From NCBI GenBank assembly GCA_963727805.1, contig CAVSHF010000003.1, forward strand, positions 1,056,001 to 1,120,000: DNA of 64,000 nt, written 5' to 3'. Made by a program: the position numbers and the translations under genes. Below, piece after piece: positions 1-10,254 of the stretch. Each line of letters starts with the position of its first letter. Within the stretch, counting starts at the first letter, position 1. Under the pieces are notes generated by a model, which made no database searches, had not been told where the DNA came from, and worked only from the letters and a program-made list of their open reading frames with translations. This DNA is from an uncultured Nitrospiraceae bacterium (lineage in GTDB: Bacteria; Nitrospirota; Thermodesulfovibrionia; Thermodesulfovibrionales; Dissulfurispiraceae).

Positions 1-577
1 AACAGCAAGGATAGTGAGCAGGATTCATCTAAAAAAACATGTCAGGTTTGTCGCCTTTACTCTTGAAGAACCACAGCCTCCGAGCGTTCATTTCCTGATA
101 GGAAGCAGGTATTTCGCCGAGCAGGCAAAGAAGGTGGGCGATAAGTACCAAGGAGTATTGATACTCGAATCGGTCGGGTATTCAAGCAACGAAAAGGGAA
201 GCCAGATTATACCTTCCTTTATCCGGATCAATGCGCCTGATATAGGTAACTTTCTTGGCGTCGTGGCTAACCGAGCGTCGGAATCTATTATGAAAGCTTT
301 TCAGAGTGCGGCAACTGAAAATGTGCCGGAACTCCTGGTAGCCACGTACAAAGCCCCTTTCTCCGGCTACCTTATGCCGGAAACGAGGTTCAGCGATCAT
401 TCACCGTTCTGGGACTGCGGCTACCCAGCCATCATGCTCACAGATACGGCGATGTTTAGGAATCCCTATTATCACACGGAGTATGACAGTGTGGATAAAC
501 TGGATTTTAATTTCATGTTAAATGTCACAAAGGCGGTTATCAGTTTCATCGTAAAATTTGCTGGTGGTCTTCAGTAG
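1..577 (+). CDS. M28 family metallopeptidase, 5'-truncated by the window edge
   Basis: Frame is open from base 2; motifs FTLEE, LESVG, SDHSPFW and YHTEYD are typical of M28 peptidases. Confidence 0.8.
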   Translation, partial: TARIVSRIHLKKHVRFVAFTLEEPQPPSVHFLIGSRYFAEQAKKVGDKYQGVLILESVGYSSNEKGSQIIPSFIRINAPDIGNFLGVVANRASESIMKAFQSAATENVPELLVATYKAPFSGYLMPETRFSDHSPFWDCGYPAIMLTDTAMFRNPYYHTEYDSVDKLDFNFMLNVTKAVISFIVKFAGGLQ

Positions 578-707
578 TGCTAAGGAGAAAGTCTCCCCCG
601 AACTGAGAAGCTCTTTCCCTCGGGTTTTATTGATAAATCAAGCTGTTTACTTTTCTTTTTGTGTGCTGATAAAATTCAGCAACATTTATATCAAAGGAGT
701 CATAAAC

Positions 708-1496
708 ATGAACAAGGTTGCCTCTGCAAAGAAAACTTCTCTGAAAAAAGCTGCTTCCAAAAAAATTGTTATTAAAAAGACTTCCTCAAAAAAACCTGCT
801 CTAAAGAAGTCTCTGGTAAAAAAGGCTGTTGCAAAAAAAGCTGTTGCAAAAAAAACGCCCGTAAGCAAAGCTGCTCAGAATAAACTTGCATCAAAAAAAG
901 CAACTCAGAAAAAGCGTGCCTCGAAGGCGAGAACTGCTAAAAAAACCGTCGCCCCGAAAAAAGCGGTAACCAGAAGCGTTCAAAAAAAGGCGGCATCCCC
1001 TAAAAAAGCTGCACCTCAGAGAGTGATCAAAAAGACCGTTCCGAAGGTGAAACCCCAAAAAACATTCGCGACAACTCCAATACCAACACTCAAGCCAAGA
1101 CGTAAAAAGTTAACTAAAACTTCGGAAGTAAAGAATGTCTCTCTGAAAAAAACAGCCTTAAAGCCCCCTGTTATCAAGCCCGCTAATATTGCTGCAAAGA
1201 AATCTCTATCCCGTAAGGAGTCACCCAAAAAGCGGGCTGCGGAAGTTATCCACGCCCAGACAGGAATGATGAGGGCAGTAATTCCTTCAACTGAGAAGAT
1301 GGTCCCTGAAAAGCATGTTTCATCGATAAAGACAGCAAAAGTGCACTCCCTCCGGGCAGTCCTTGCCAGGCTTTCCCAAGTACAAAAGCCCGTCATTAAA
1401 AGGACTGCTGATAATATTGCCGTATTAGCGCGTACTCCATTACCAAACGTTGGCGGCACCAAATTACCTTTTATGAAAAAGATCCGGCATACCTGA
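708..1496 (+). CDS. Lys/Ala-rich histone H1-like basic protein
   Basis: RBS AAGGAG at 694-699 before ATG 708; KKAVA/KKAA/PKK low-complexity repeats. Confidence 0.65.
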   Translation: MNKVASAKKTSLKKAASKKIVIKKTSSKKPALKKSLVKKAVAKKAVAKKTPVSKAAQNKLASKKATQKKRASKARTAKKTVAPKKAVTRSVQKKAASPKKAAPQRVIKKTVPKVKPQKTFATTPIPTLKPRRKKLTKTSEVKNVSLKKTALKPPVIKPANIAAKKSLSRKESPKKRAAEVIHAQTGMMRAVIPSTEKMVPEKHVSSIKTAKVHSLRAVLARLSQVQKPVIKRTADNIAVLARTPLPNVGGTKLPFMKKIRHT

Positions 1497-1499
1497 TTC

Positions 1500-2402
1500 A
1501 TGTTCTTCCAGCAGCTCATCAACGGTCTCACGCTCGGAAGCGTTTATGCGATCATTGCCCTCGGCTACACGATGGTCTATGGAATACTGGAGCTTATCAA
1601 TTTTGCCCACGGTGAAATCTATATGCTCGGAGCTTACCTTGGCATCATCCTCATGGGCTTTTTCACTGCATCGGGCTTGACCGGGCAGAGCCTCATCTTG
1701 TCTGTCGCATTGACCGTCATTCTCTCCATATTATTCTGTGCCATGTATGGCTTTACGATGGAAAAGATCGCTTACAAGCCTTTGAGGAACGCGCCCCGTC
1801 TGAGCCCTCTGATCAGTGCGATCGGCATATCAATATTTCTCCAGAATTATGTGATGCTCACCCAGGGAGCTACCGACAAGGTCTTTCCTTACCATCTTGG
1901 AGATACCGTCATCCATTTTCAGGAGGTGCAGATGACGATAACGCAAGTGCTGATTATCGCAATTTCTGCCCTGATGATGCTCCTCCTGCACCTTTTCATC
2001 TCTCGGACGAGAATCGGCAAGGCGATGAGGGCGACCTCGCAGGACATGACTATGGCCGCGCTCGTCGGCATCAATGTTGACAACATCATTTCTATTACTT
2101 TTGTTCTCGGCGCTATGCTTGCAGCCGTTGCAGGGGTTATGGTCGCCGTCTATTACGGTCTCGTTAATTATTCCATCGGATATATTGCGGGCATAAAGGC
2201 TTTCACGGCTGCCGTGCTCGGAGGTATTGGAAGCATCAGAGGCGCGATGCTCGGCGGGATCCTCCTGGGCCTGATGGAGAGCATGGGAGCAGCTTATGTC
2301 TCAACCGAATATAAGGACGCTGTCGCTTTCGTAATTCTGATTATCCTTCTGCTCATCAAGCCCTCGGGCATCTTTGGCCAGGATTTGCCGGAAAAGGTAT
2401 AG
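1500..2402 (+). CDS. livH: Branched-chain amino acid ABC transporter permease
   Basis: QQLINGLTLGSVYA, INFAHGE, GKAMRATSQD, KAFTAAVLGG motifs. Confidence 0.93.
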   Translation: MFFQQLINGLTLGSVYAIIALGYTMVYGILELINFAHGEIYMLGAYLGIILMGFFTASGLTGQSLILSVALTVILSILFCAMYGFTMEKIAYKPLRNAPRLSPLISAIGISIFLQNYVMLTQGATDKVFPYHLGDTVIHFQEVQMTITQVLIIAISALMMLLLHLFISRTRIGKAMRATSQDMTMAALVGINVDNIISITFVLGAMLAAVAGVMVAVYYGLVNYSIGYIAGIKAFTAAVLGGIGSIRGAMLGGILLGLMESMGAAYVSTEYKDAVAFVILIILLLIKPSGIFGQDLPEKV

Positions 2403-2413
2403 GCCTGACTGAC

Positions 2414-3523
2414 ATGAAAATACCTGCGTCACTGACTGGCCCCTTCCCGAGCATAATTATAGCCGCCCTCTGGGGATCAGTCATGTTTCTCCCCTTCAAA
2501 GGCCCGGGGCCTGCTCTCATGCTTTTCGCAGCGCTTGCTGCAGGCATGACCGGACTTTACTTCGTCAGCAGACTGGAGATATCCTTTCGTGCCCTTGCCG
2601 TAATACCGGAATTCCTGAGCCAATATCGTATCCCGGCAACTGCTACCCTGATACTGCTTTTTACTGTATTCCCTCTTATTCTTAACAACTATTACCTCGA
2701 TGTACTCATCATGGCGGGCATTTACTCCATACTCGCGATAGGCCTCAATGTCATCGTTGGATTCACAGGACTCCTTAATCTCGGGTTCGCCGCCTTTTAT
2801 GCCTGCGGAGCGTACACCTACGCCCTCCTCAACACGAAGCTAGGACTCGGCTTTTGGGTCTGTCTTCCACTTTCGGCGGGATTCACTTCGTTGATAGGCC
2901 TGCTTCTCGCCGTGCCTGCCCTGCGGCTCAGAGGAGACTACCTTGCCATTGTGACGCTCGGGTTTGGTGAGATCATGCGACTTATCCTCAACAACTGGGA
3001 CAGCCTTACACACGGGCCAAACGGCATAACGGGCATCGAACCTCCTGTGATTGCAAACGTCTCCTTCAGCAACATGAAATACTATTATTATCTCGTATTT
3101 ATCATTCTTCTACTGTCGCTGGCAATCATAAAAAGGGTTGAAATCTCACGCTTCGGTAGAGCCTGGAAAGCGATTAAGGAAAATGAGATTGCCGCTTCCA
3201 CAATCGGGATCAACACCACCAAATATAAGCTTTTTGCCTTTGCCTTTGGTACGTTCTGGGGCGGAACGGCCGGAATACTTTTTGCAGCCAAGATGCAGTT
3301 CGTCTCTCCGGAGAGCTTCACCTTTATCGAATCCGTGCTCATCCTGAGCATGGTCATCCTCGGAGGTCTCGGCAATACTTACGGAGCCGTGCTTGGGGCC
3401 TTCCTGCTCGTGCTACTGCCGGAAGCGCTTCGCGAAGTACAGTTATACCGGATGCTGCTTTTGGGGATCGGCCTAGTCCTTCTCATGAGGTTCAGGCCTC
3501 AGGGCCTGATGGGGGTTAAATAG
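2414..3523 (+). CDS. livM: Branched-chain amino acid ABC transporter permease
   Basis: LRLRGDYLAIVTLGFGE, GRAWKAIKENE, VILGGLG motifs. Confidence 0.92.
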   Translation: MKIPASLTGPFPSIIIAALWGSVMFLPFKGPGPALMLFAALAAGMTGLYFVSRLEISFRALAVIPEFLSQYRIPATATLILLFTVFPLILNNYYLDVLIMAGIYSILAIGLNVIVGFTGLLNLGFAAFYACGAYTYALLNTKLGLGFWVCLPLSAGFTSLIGLLLAVPALRLRGDYLAIVTLGFGEIMRLILNNWDSLTHGPNGITGIEPPVIANVSFSNMKYYYYLVFIILLLSLAIIKRVEISRFGRAWKAIKENEIAASTIGINTTKYKLFAFAFGTFWGGTAGILFAAKMQFVSPESFTFIESVLILSMVILGGLGNTYGAVLGAFLLVLLPEALREVQLYRMLLLGIGLVLLMRFRPQGLMGVK

Positions 3524-3524
3524 C

Positions 3525-4292
3525 TTGTACATTCTTGCCACAAAAGAGGTGAGCAAGCATTTCGGCGGTATCAAGGCTGTCGAAGGAGTAAGTTTCAAGA
3601 TAAAGAGCAATTCCATTGCAAGCATTATCGGCCCCAATGGCGCCGGCAAGACGACGCTATTCAACTGCCTTACGGGAATTACCAAACCATCGAAAGGTCA
3701 GATACATTTCATGGACAGGAACATCTCAGGCCTGCCGCCCCATGAGGTAGCTAAACTGGGCATCGCGCGGACGTTCCAGAATATCAGGATTTTCCCTGAC
3801 ATGACCGTCATCGAAAATGTAATGGTAGCCCAGCATGGTCGCATACGCTATGGCCTGCTGAGCGCCATCCTCCGTAGCAGTAAATTCAGATTGCGTGAAT
3901 CCTCTATAAAAGAAAAAGCTTATGAATTTCTCGAACTCACCGGACTTCAAGACTTTGCCGGAACGCACGCAGGCAAGTTGCCTTACGGCAGCCGGAGAAG
4001 GCTCGAAATAGCACGTGCTCTCGCAACCGAGCCGCAGATCATTCTTCTGGATGAGCCGACCGCCGGAATGAATCCGTCCGAGACGCAGGATGTAATGAAC
4101 CTGATCAAAACGATCCGGGAACTCGGAAAGACAGTCATTATCATTGAGCACGACATGCGTCTGGTCATGGGCATTTCGGACTGGATAGTCGTCCTTGACC
4201 ATGGTGTCAAGATCGCCGAAGGGCCTCCCGAAAAAGTCAAGCATGATCCTCTCGTTATAGAAGCCTATCTTGGAAAGGAAATGTCGCACTGA
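3525..4292 (+). CDS. livG: Branched-chain amino acid ABC transporter ATPase
   Basis: Walker A GPNGAGKTT, ARTFQNIR, LLDEPTAG; TTG start. Confidence 0.92.
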   Translation: MYILATKEVSKHFGGIKAVEGVSFKIKSNSIASIIGPNGAGKTTLFNCLTGITKPSKGQIHFMDRNISGLPPHEVAKLGIARTFQNIRIFPDMTVIENVMVAQHGRIRYGLLSAILRSSKFRLRESSIKEKAYEFLELTGLQDFAGTHAGKLPYGSRRRLEIARALATEPQIILLDEPTAGMNPSETQDVMNLIKTIRELGKTVIIIEHDMRLVMGISDWIVVLDHGVKIAEGPPEKVKHDPLVIEAYLGKEMSH

Positions 4293-4293
4293 T

Positions 4294-4992
4294 ATGCTCA
4301 TTTTGCGTTCGATACATACATCTTACGGCCCGATTAAAGCGCTGAAAGGAATAGATATGGAGGTCCGCAAAGGTGAAATCGTTTGTCTGCTGGGAAGCAA
4401 TGGTGCCGGCAAAACAACGACCCTCATGACGATTTCCGGTATCTTGCGACCCGATGCCGGTGATATCACCTTCGAAGGCGAAACATTAGTTACACTGTCA
4501 GCGGACAAGATTGTGCGCAAAGGGATATGTCAGGTCCCCGAAGGCAGGAGGATATTCCAGAAGCTCACGATCCGGGGGAACCTCGAAATGGGGGCTTTCA
4601 GCGATCCCGGTAGCTTCGCTAGAAACCTCGAGACGGTCTATTCACTTTTTCCGATCCTCAGGGAACGCGCGAGTCAAATGGGTGGGACCCTGAGCGGTGG
4701 CGAGCAACAGATGCTCGCCATCGGCCGGGCCCTCATGGCCAACCCCAAACTCCTGCTGCTGGATGAGCCATCCCTCGGCCTTGCTCCCATTATGGTAAAT
4801 AAGATTTTCAGGACCATCCAGGAAATCAGCAAAGGGGGCATAACAGTGCTACTCGTAGAACAGAATGCCAGGGCCGCCTTAAGGCTATCCCATCGGGGAT
4901 ACGTGCTCGAAAACGGGACTATAAAATTGAGCGGGACGGGAGAACAACTTCTCGGAAATGAAGAGGTCAGAAAGGCTTATTTGGGCGTGTAA
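4294..4992 (+). CDS. livF: Branched-chain amino acid ABC transporter ATPase
   Basis: GSNGAGKTT, VPEGRRIF, LSGGEQQML, LDEPSLGLAP. Confidence 0.92.
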   Translation: MLILRSIHTSYGPIKALKGIDMEVRKGEIVCLLGSNGAGKTTTLMTISGILRPDAGDITFEGETLVTLSADKIVRKGICQVPEGRRIFQKLTIRGNLEMGAFSDPGSFARNLETVYSLFPILRERASQMGGTLSGGEQQMLAIGRALMANPKLLLLDEPSLGLAPIMVNKIFRTIQEISKGGITVLLVEQNARAALRLSHRGYVLENGTIKLSGTGEQLLGNEEVRKAYLGV

Positions 4993-5102
4993 CGTTGATG
5001 GTGTAGTCTCGTTCCTCTGTCTCGTCTAACCTCATTTTTCCCTTTCCACAAGCTTGTATGCTGATTTGACTTTTCCACCCATCATCTTAAAAAATATATT
5101 TT

Positions 5103-6071
5103 ATGATCAATGAGTTTGAATCAAAAATCCTCTCAGGCCAATCGTTGACGATGATGGATGCCACTGTTCTGGCGGCAACACTTCCCGAATCCTTGCCCGA
5201 TCTCTTCTCTGCGGCTGAGAGGATCAGGAAAAGATTCTTCGGGGATACTGTAGACCTCTGCACTATCGTCAATGCCAAGTCCGGCGCCTGCCCAGAGGAT
5301 TGTTACTACTGTGCCCAATCATCGAATAACAAATCGGCAATTGATATATTTCCCTTAATCGGCAGAAACGCGATATTAAGAAAGGCTGCTGAGGCTAAGA
5401 AAAGTGGCGTGCGAAGATTCAGTATTGTCACAAGCGGCAGAAAACCAGGCAAAAAGGAGCTAAGAGAGATAGCCGGGACCTTTGGGGAAATAAGAAAAAT
5501 GGGCCTCCGTACCTGTGCTTCCTTAGGCCTGCTTGACAGGGATGAACTCAGCTATCTGAGAGACCATGGACTCGAACGTTATCATAACAATATCGAGACA
5601 TCGGAGAGATTTTTCCCTTTTATCTGTACAACCCACCGTTTCGCAGAAAAGCTCGAGACTATCGAGGCAGCTCGGTCCATTGGGCTTTCACTCTGTTCGG
5701 GCGGCATCTTCGGAATGGGAGAGACTTGGCAGGATAGGATCGACCTCGCTTTGACCGTACAGGCGCTCGACGTCGATTCTGTTCCAATCAATTTTCTCAA
5801 TCCTATCAAAGGCACTCGCTTAGACCATCTTCCTCCCCTAGCACTCGATGAGGCGTTGAAGGTGATAAGCATTGTCAGGTTTATTCTCCCGCAAAAGGAG
5901 ATAAGAGTCTGCGGTGGCAGAATGCAGACCCTTGGGAATCTTCATGCACTGATCTTCAAAGCGGGGGCCGACTCTGTCATGACAGGAAATTACTTGGTAA
6001 CCACAGGCAGAACGTTCGACGATGACCTGGAGATGCTCAAAGAGGAAGGACTGCAGCTCCGAACCGACTGA
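5103..6071 (+). CDS. bioB: Biotin synthase (radical SAM)
   Basis: NAKSGACPEDCYYCAQS CxxxCxxC motif, YHNNIET, CSGGIFGMGE, SVPINFL, GNYL. Confidence 0.95.
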   Translation: MINEFESKILSGQSLTMMDATVLAATLPESLPDLFSAAERIRKRFFGDTVDLCTIVNAKSGACPEDCYYCAQSSNNKSAIDIFPLIGRNAILRKAAEAKKSGVRRFSIVTSGRKPGKKELREIAGTFGEIRKMGLRTCASLGLLDRDELSYLRDHGLERYHNNIETSERFFPFICTTHRFAEKLETIEAARSIGLSLCSGGIFGMGETWQDRIDLALTVQALDVDSVPINFLNPIKGTRLDHLPPLALDEALKVISIVRFILPQKEIRVCGGRMQTLGNLHALIFKAGADSVMTGNYLVTTGRTFDDDLEMLKEEGLQLRTD

Positions 6072-6142
6072 TTTCTTTCAGAACTCCGCATATCGAAACA
6101 CGACTGGATCGGCGATTTGAAACTAGTCGAATCTCCTGATAC

Positions 6143-6158
6143 GGTGATCTGAGTCACA
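6143..6158 (+). promoter_or_regulatory. Crp-type binding site at a class II promoter position
   Basis: GGTGA-N6-TCACA (9/10 to TGTGA-N6-TCACA); -10 TACAAT at 6180-6185 puts the site centre near -41.5. Confidence 0.6.
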
Positions 6159-6218
6159 TGAAAAACCCCATGAAACACTTACAATTATATCAGGTAGACT
6201 AGAAAAAGGAGGCACGTC

Positions 6219-6491
6219 ATGTTGAAGATACTCAAGATAGTCATCGCTGCATGGATCATCTTCGCATTTATCGCCGTCGCCAATAATGGCGGGTACAAGA
6301 TCAGGGCAATGGAAGGGGATACGCACAAAGTTGTAAGCAAGACGATCAACATCGTAGCCGATAAGGCTGACAGCCTCAAGGATCAGGCCGATACTGCAAA
6401 GGATAATGTCAAGCGCCTTACGGGAGCGAAAAAAGAGGTAGCACAGACTGACGAAACGCTGTTGCCGGTAAAGAAGTCAAAAATCAGATAG
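6219..6491 (+). CDS. Small secreted or membrane-anchored hypothetical protein
   Basis: RBS AAGGAGG, N-terminal hydrophobic segment, coiled-coil-like C-terminus. Confidence 0.7.
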   Translation: MLKILKIVIAAWIIFAFIAVANNGGYKIRAMEGDTHKVVSKTINIVADKADSLKDQADTAKDNVKRLTGAKKEVAQTDETLLPVKKSKIR

Positions 6492-6512
6492 AAATTTTTC
6501 AGCGCACCTTTT

Positions 6513-6550
6513 CCCCGTAGAGATCGCACAATACGATATTTTCTGCGGGG
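6513..6550. terminator. Putative bidirectional terminator hairpin
   Basis: CCCCGTAGA...TCTGCGGGG imperfect stem between convergent genes. Confidence 0.45.
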
Positions 6551-6553
6551 GCT

Positions 6554-7240
6554 TTATAACCCCTTATTGAGAAATCCCTTAACCAGCTCGTCAGTAAATC
6601 GCTGCTCAAGATCTATTTGGGGACCGAAAAATTTTCTTTTTTCCCTTAGCAGTTCATTTATCCCCTTGACATCGTATCCCTCGTCGGGAACATTTGCCTC
6701 GAGATTCGGAGTGATGATGAAGAGTCGCTCCCTTCCGATTACCACCCTCCAGCAATGTCCCTCCTTGTCCTCTAACTCGAGGATAACCTGAGCATGATAA
6801 AGATTCTGGACCAAATTGGCATGAGCAACGAGAAACGCGTTCCGGTCAAGATGACGGGATTCAAAGATACGGTGCCAACGGGGGTGATAAAATCTAAGCG
6901 TTCCCGAGGTTCCCGGGCCTGTACCTTCCGACGGAACGATCTCAAAGTCGAACTGTACTAAATCCAGGTAAGCCTTGTTGCCTCGGCCAGCAGGATAGTG
7001 TTCGAGCCATACGATTTTATTTTCAGAGACCCCGGACAGGTAATCGGCGTAAATTTGCGACGCGATCCGATCACAGACATTCGTAATGGACAGAGCATTG
7101 TTATCGCTCCGTTCGGTAAGCACCACGCACCGCACTTCATTGTCATATTCGACGATATCGAGGTCACAGAAAAAGGTAGCTTCTTTTGATGCAAAATGGC
7201 CCATTTTGTAGTGGAATGGTCCGCTATAGATAACCCGCAT
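6554..7240 (-). CDS. Hypothetical protein
   Basis: 228-aa ORF with RBS GGAGG; no motif I can assign. Confidence 0.7.
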   Translation of the reverse strand: MRVIYSGPFHYKMGHFASKEATFFCDLDIVEYDNEVRCVVLTERSDNNALSITNVCDRIASQIYADYLSGVSENKIVWLEHYPAGRGNKAYLDLVQFDFEIVPSEGTGPGTSGTLRFYHPRWHRIFESRHLDRNAFLVAHANLVQNLYHAQVILELEDKEGHCWRVVIGRERLFIITPNLEANVPDEGYDVKGINELLREKRKFFGPQIDLEQRFTDELVKGFLNKGL

Positions 7241-7529
7241 ATGCCATCCTCCGATCCGACCGGCCTAATATGACTGAAAAGCTAATACCTTAAGTGTATT
7301 ATTTTACCATACTTTGTATAATATCATTTGTCAAATGCTTCGATTTAAATTACAGCACAACACCTACCCATCCACCACTCTGATGGTTTTTTGAAGCACA
7401 GATGACTCTAAGTAAATAAGCGAGCCTTATCTTGGTGAAACTCCTCTTGCTTTTGTCTGCTTGATTTTGTGTTATTATTTAACTAAAGATTAATGAAGCA
7501 GTGGTATTCCTTTTAATTGGGGGTGATTA

Positions 7530-8240
7530 ATGGCAACTACAATAAAAAGTAAAAACGCAAAGATCCTTAACCTCCTCAGATACATACCTTTTTTCGAGGG
7601 GCTTTCCGAAAAGGAATTTTTCGATTTGAAGCATATATTCGTAGAAAGAAATTATGCGAGGAATAAAACCATCCTCCTCGAAGAAGATACCCTTAATTAC
7701 ATGTACATAATCCTTTCAGGGAAGGTGAAGGTAGTGCATTCCGGCCTGGACGGCAAGGAACACATCGTCGCCATTCACAAAAAAGGAGATTTCTTCGGCG
7801 AAATGGCCCTCCTTGACGGTAAGACATCTCCCGCCACTGTGGTGGCCCTCGAAGACACATTAATTGCGATTATCTCAAAAAAGGACTTTGAAAAGTACTT
7901 ACTGAAAAACGACAAAGTATTGAGGCAGACCGTCTCGATCCTCTGCTCCCGGTTGCGAGAGGCATGGATGATGATCAAGGTCTTAAGCCTGCCCAATGCA
8001 GAGGACAGGGTCAGAGCTGTGATTAAGATCCTCAGCAATTATTATGGGTTCAAGGATGCACGAGGAACTATCCTCAGTTCCAACCTCACGCACCAGAATA
8101 TCGCCGATTATTCGCTTGTCTCACGTGAGACCGTCACCAGACTGATGAACCGCTTGGCAAAAGAGGGCGAGATCGAAATTCTTGAAAACAGGGACATCGT
8201 TTTGAAACCTTCTTTTACACAAAAGATGCTTGAACTGTAA
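7530..8240 (+). CDS. Crp/Fnr family transcriptional regulator
   Basis: cNMP-binding GDFFGEMAL; HTH LTHQNIA...SRETVTR. Confidence 0.92.
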   Translation: MATTIKSKNAKILNLLRYIPFFEGLSEKEFFDLKHIFVERNYARNKTILLEEDTLNYMYIILSGKVKVVHSGLDGKEHIVAIHKKGDFFGEMALLDGKTSPATVVALEDTLIAIISKKDFEKYLLKNDKVLRQTVSILCSRLREAWMMIKVLSLPNAEDRVRAVIKILSNYYGFKDARGTILSSNLTHQNIADYSLVSRETVTRLMNRLAKEGEIEILENRDIVLKPSFTQKMLEL

Positions 8241-8488
8241 CCGTTGTCACCATTCATCGGGCTGTTCTACCATATGCTTTAATTAGAAATCCTGACGGAG
8301 CACTATTATGGTTGAGGTCCTCTGAATTCTCATGATACATGTCCCTCAGCTCACCAGTGCCTATGCTTTGCCGTCCGGTGCCTAAGACACCCTAATCACC
8401 TTATGCATCAATGCAGCTATCTTAAAAGCATCAAGCTACAACCTTCCCGTGATGCACGAATCTTCATTTATTTGTATTATAATCACCT

Positions 8489-9265
8489 ATGTGGAACATA
8501 CGCATGAGAGCCTCAAAACAGGCGAAAAGTGGGAAATCAGGTGCGGAAATTCCGACTGAAATTCACATTTCAGGCGCAGAGGGAATTTATGAAGAGCCTG
8601 ATATATCAAAAATATGCTCGGAACTCATACGCCGCGCGTTGTTCCACCAGCGGGGAAGACCTGACAGGATTGTCCTCACCGTTGAAGAGATAAAAGAAAG
8701 TCCACTAAAAATCTCTCTCCTACCGATCAGAACACTCGAATGTATTTCTCCTGAGATAGCGTGGGAGGTGATCGTTCAGCACATGATGGAACATGGTGTT
8801 TCGGTTCAGGCGTTGAAGACCGCTTTCAACGTCCTGAAATCCGAAAAGACCATGAGGGGTGCTGCGCTTATAACAGTAAAAACGGGCAGGCGCCGGGAAA
8901 CAGACAGGGAAAGAGGGATCAGAGTATCCCGCCTAGGCATGGATAAGACATCTGAAAAAAAACTGGCGCGCAAACTCTCAGCCCTGCACATAAATAATCC
9001 TACCGTCAAAGAAGCCTTTATCCTCGCTTCCAAGGTTGCTTCATGCAAGGATGTCGTTGCCGAAGTCTGCATCTCCGATGATCCCAATTACACAACCGGA
9101 TACATAGCTTCCCGCACAACTGGGTATCTGAGAATACCCAACATCAAGAAGCCCGGTGAGTTGCACGGCGGAAGGGTCTTCTTTGTCAGAGAAAATTTCG
9201 GCAAGCAAAAAGTCATAGACTACCTTGAACGAAGATCGGTGCTCCTGGTATGCACCCATGAGTAA
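8489..9265 (+). CDS. bioW: 6-carboxyhexanoate-CoA ligase
   Basis: IRMRAS, HISGAE, RGIRVS, EAFILASKV, CISDDPNYTTGY, GGRVF motifs; bioB nearby. Confidence 0.9.
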   Translation: MWNIRMRASKQAKSGKSGAEIPTEIHISGAEGIYEEPDISKICSELIRRALFHQRGRPDRIVLTVEEIKESPLKISLLPIRTLECISPEIAWEVIVQHMMEHGVSVQALKTAFNVLKSEKTMRGAALITVKTGRRRETDRERGIRVSRLGMDKTSEKKLARKLSALHINNPTVKEAFILASKVASCKDVVAEVCISDDPNYTTGYIASRTTGYLRIPNIKKPGELHGGRVFFVRENFGKQKVIDYLERRSVLLVCTHE

Positions 9266-10250
9266 AAGAATCGTAATTATCGGTAATCCCGTGGCTGGCG
9301 GCGGTGCAAGAGAAAAGATATCCAAAGCTTTTTCCATTCTCAAGGCTGCGGGACACAATGCTGAAGTGAAGTTGACCTCCCAAAAAGGCGATGCTGAATC
9401 ATTTGCCCGTGAAGAATCCGCACGATCCGACACCCTGGTTATCGCCGCGGGAGGCGACGGCACATACAATGAAGTGGCCAACGGACTTCTCCATTCAGAC
9501 ACCCCCCTTGCCATCCTCCCGTTGGGCACGACATCAGTTCTCGCAAGGGAATTAGGCATTCCACTGAATACTGAGAAAGCCCTTGAAGTAGCCCTGAACG
9601 GCCGGATCGAGAAGGTCCATCTGGGGAGGATTTCATGGAATCCGTACTCACTTCCCTTTGCCAAAGAGGCGACGAAGAGTATTGAACCTGCTCGTCACTT
9701 TTTGTTGATGGCCGGTATCGGATATGATGGGAGCGCAGTATATGGCGTCAATGAAATGCTTAAAAAATATTCCGGCAAGCTAGCTTATATATTAAGCGGC
9801 CTCTGCTCCATCGTTAATTATCATCCGGATCCGCTTATATTACGTGCTGAGATCGGACATCGGGACAATATCGAAGGAGGAATGTTCCGTATTCAGAGGA
9901 AATACTGCTCAGTGACCGATGATTCACTACACTCTAGTGGATATACCGTTATTGTGAGCAAGGCTGCCTGTTATGGTGGAGACATGAAAATAACGCCGGA
10001 CGCGAGCTTAGCATCGCCTTTTCTCTATGTCTTTGTTGGGCACAAAAAGGGAAGGCTCAATCTTATTCGGCATTTGGCCGCCATAATTGCCGGAAGAACA
10101 CTTACCCTGAAGGATATCAGCTATTTCAGGACGGACGAAATCACGATCGAAGGCAATAGCCACATCCAGCTCGATGGTGACTACGCCGGGACAACACCCG
10201 TGAAAATCGACGTTGTACGCAATGCCCTAAATCTTATAGTGCCTAAATAA
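9258..10250 (+). CDS. Diacylglycerol kinase family lipid kinase
   Basis: NPVAG, AGGDGT, LPLGT, QLDGD motifs; overlaps the bioW stop. Confidence 0.9.
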   Translation: MSKRIVIIGNPVAGGGAREKISKAFSILKAAGHNAEVKLTSQKGDAESFAREESARSDTLVIAAGGDGTYNEVANGLLHSDTPLAILPLGTTSVLARELGIPLNTEKALEVALNGRIEKVHLGRISWNPYSLPFAKEATKSIEPARHFLLMAGIGYDGSAVYGVNEMLKKYSGKLAYILSGLCSIVNYHPDPLILRAEIGHRDNIEGGMFRIQRKYCSVTDDSLHSSGYTVIVSKAACYGGDMKITPDASLASPFLYVFVGHKKGRLNLIRHLAAIIAGRTLTLKDISYFRTDEITIEGNSHIQLDGDYAGTTPVKIDVVRNALNLIVPK

Positions 10251-10254
10251 ATAG

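Noticed and set aside
3726..4301. Long antisense ORFs (also 1016-1531, 9041-9664, 12669-13259, 55229-55894, 58433-59005)
   Set aside because: They are shadow frames opposite well-supported genes.
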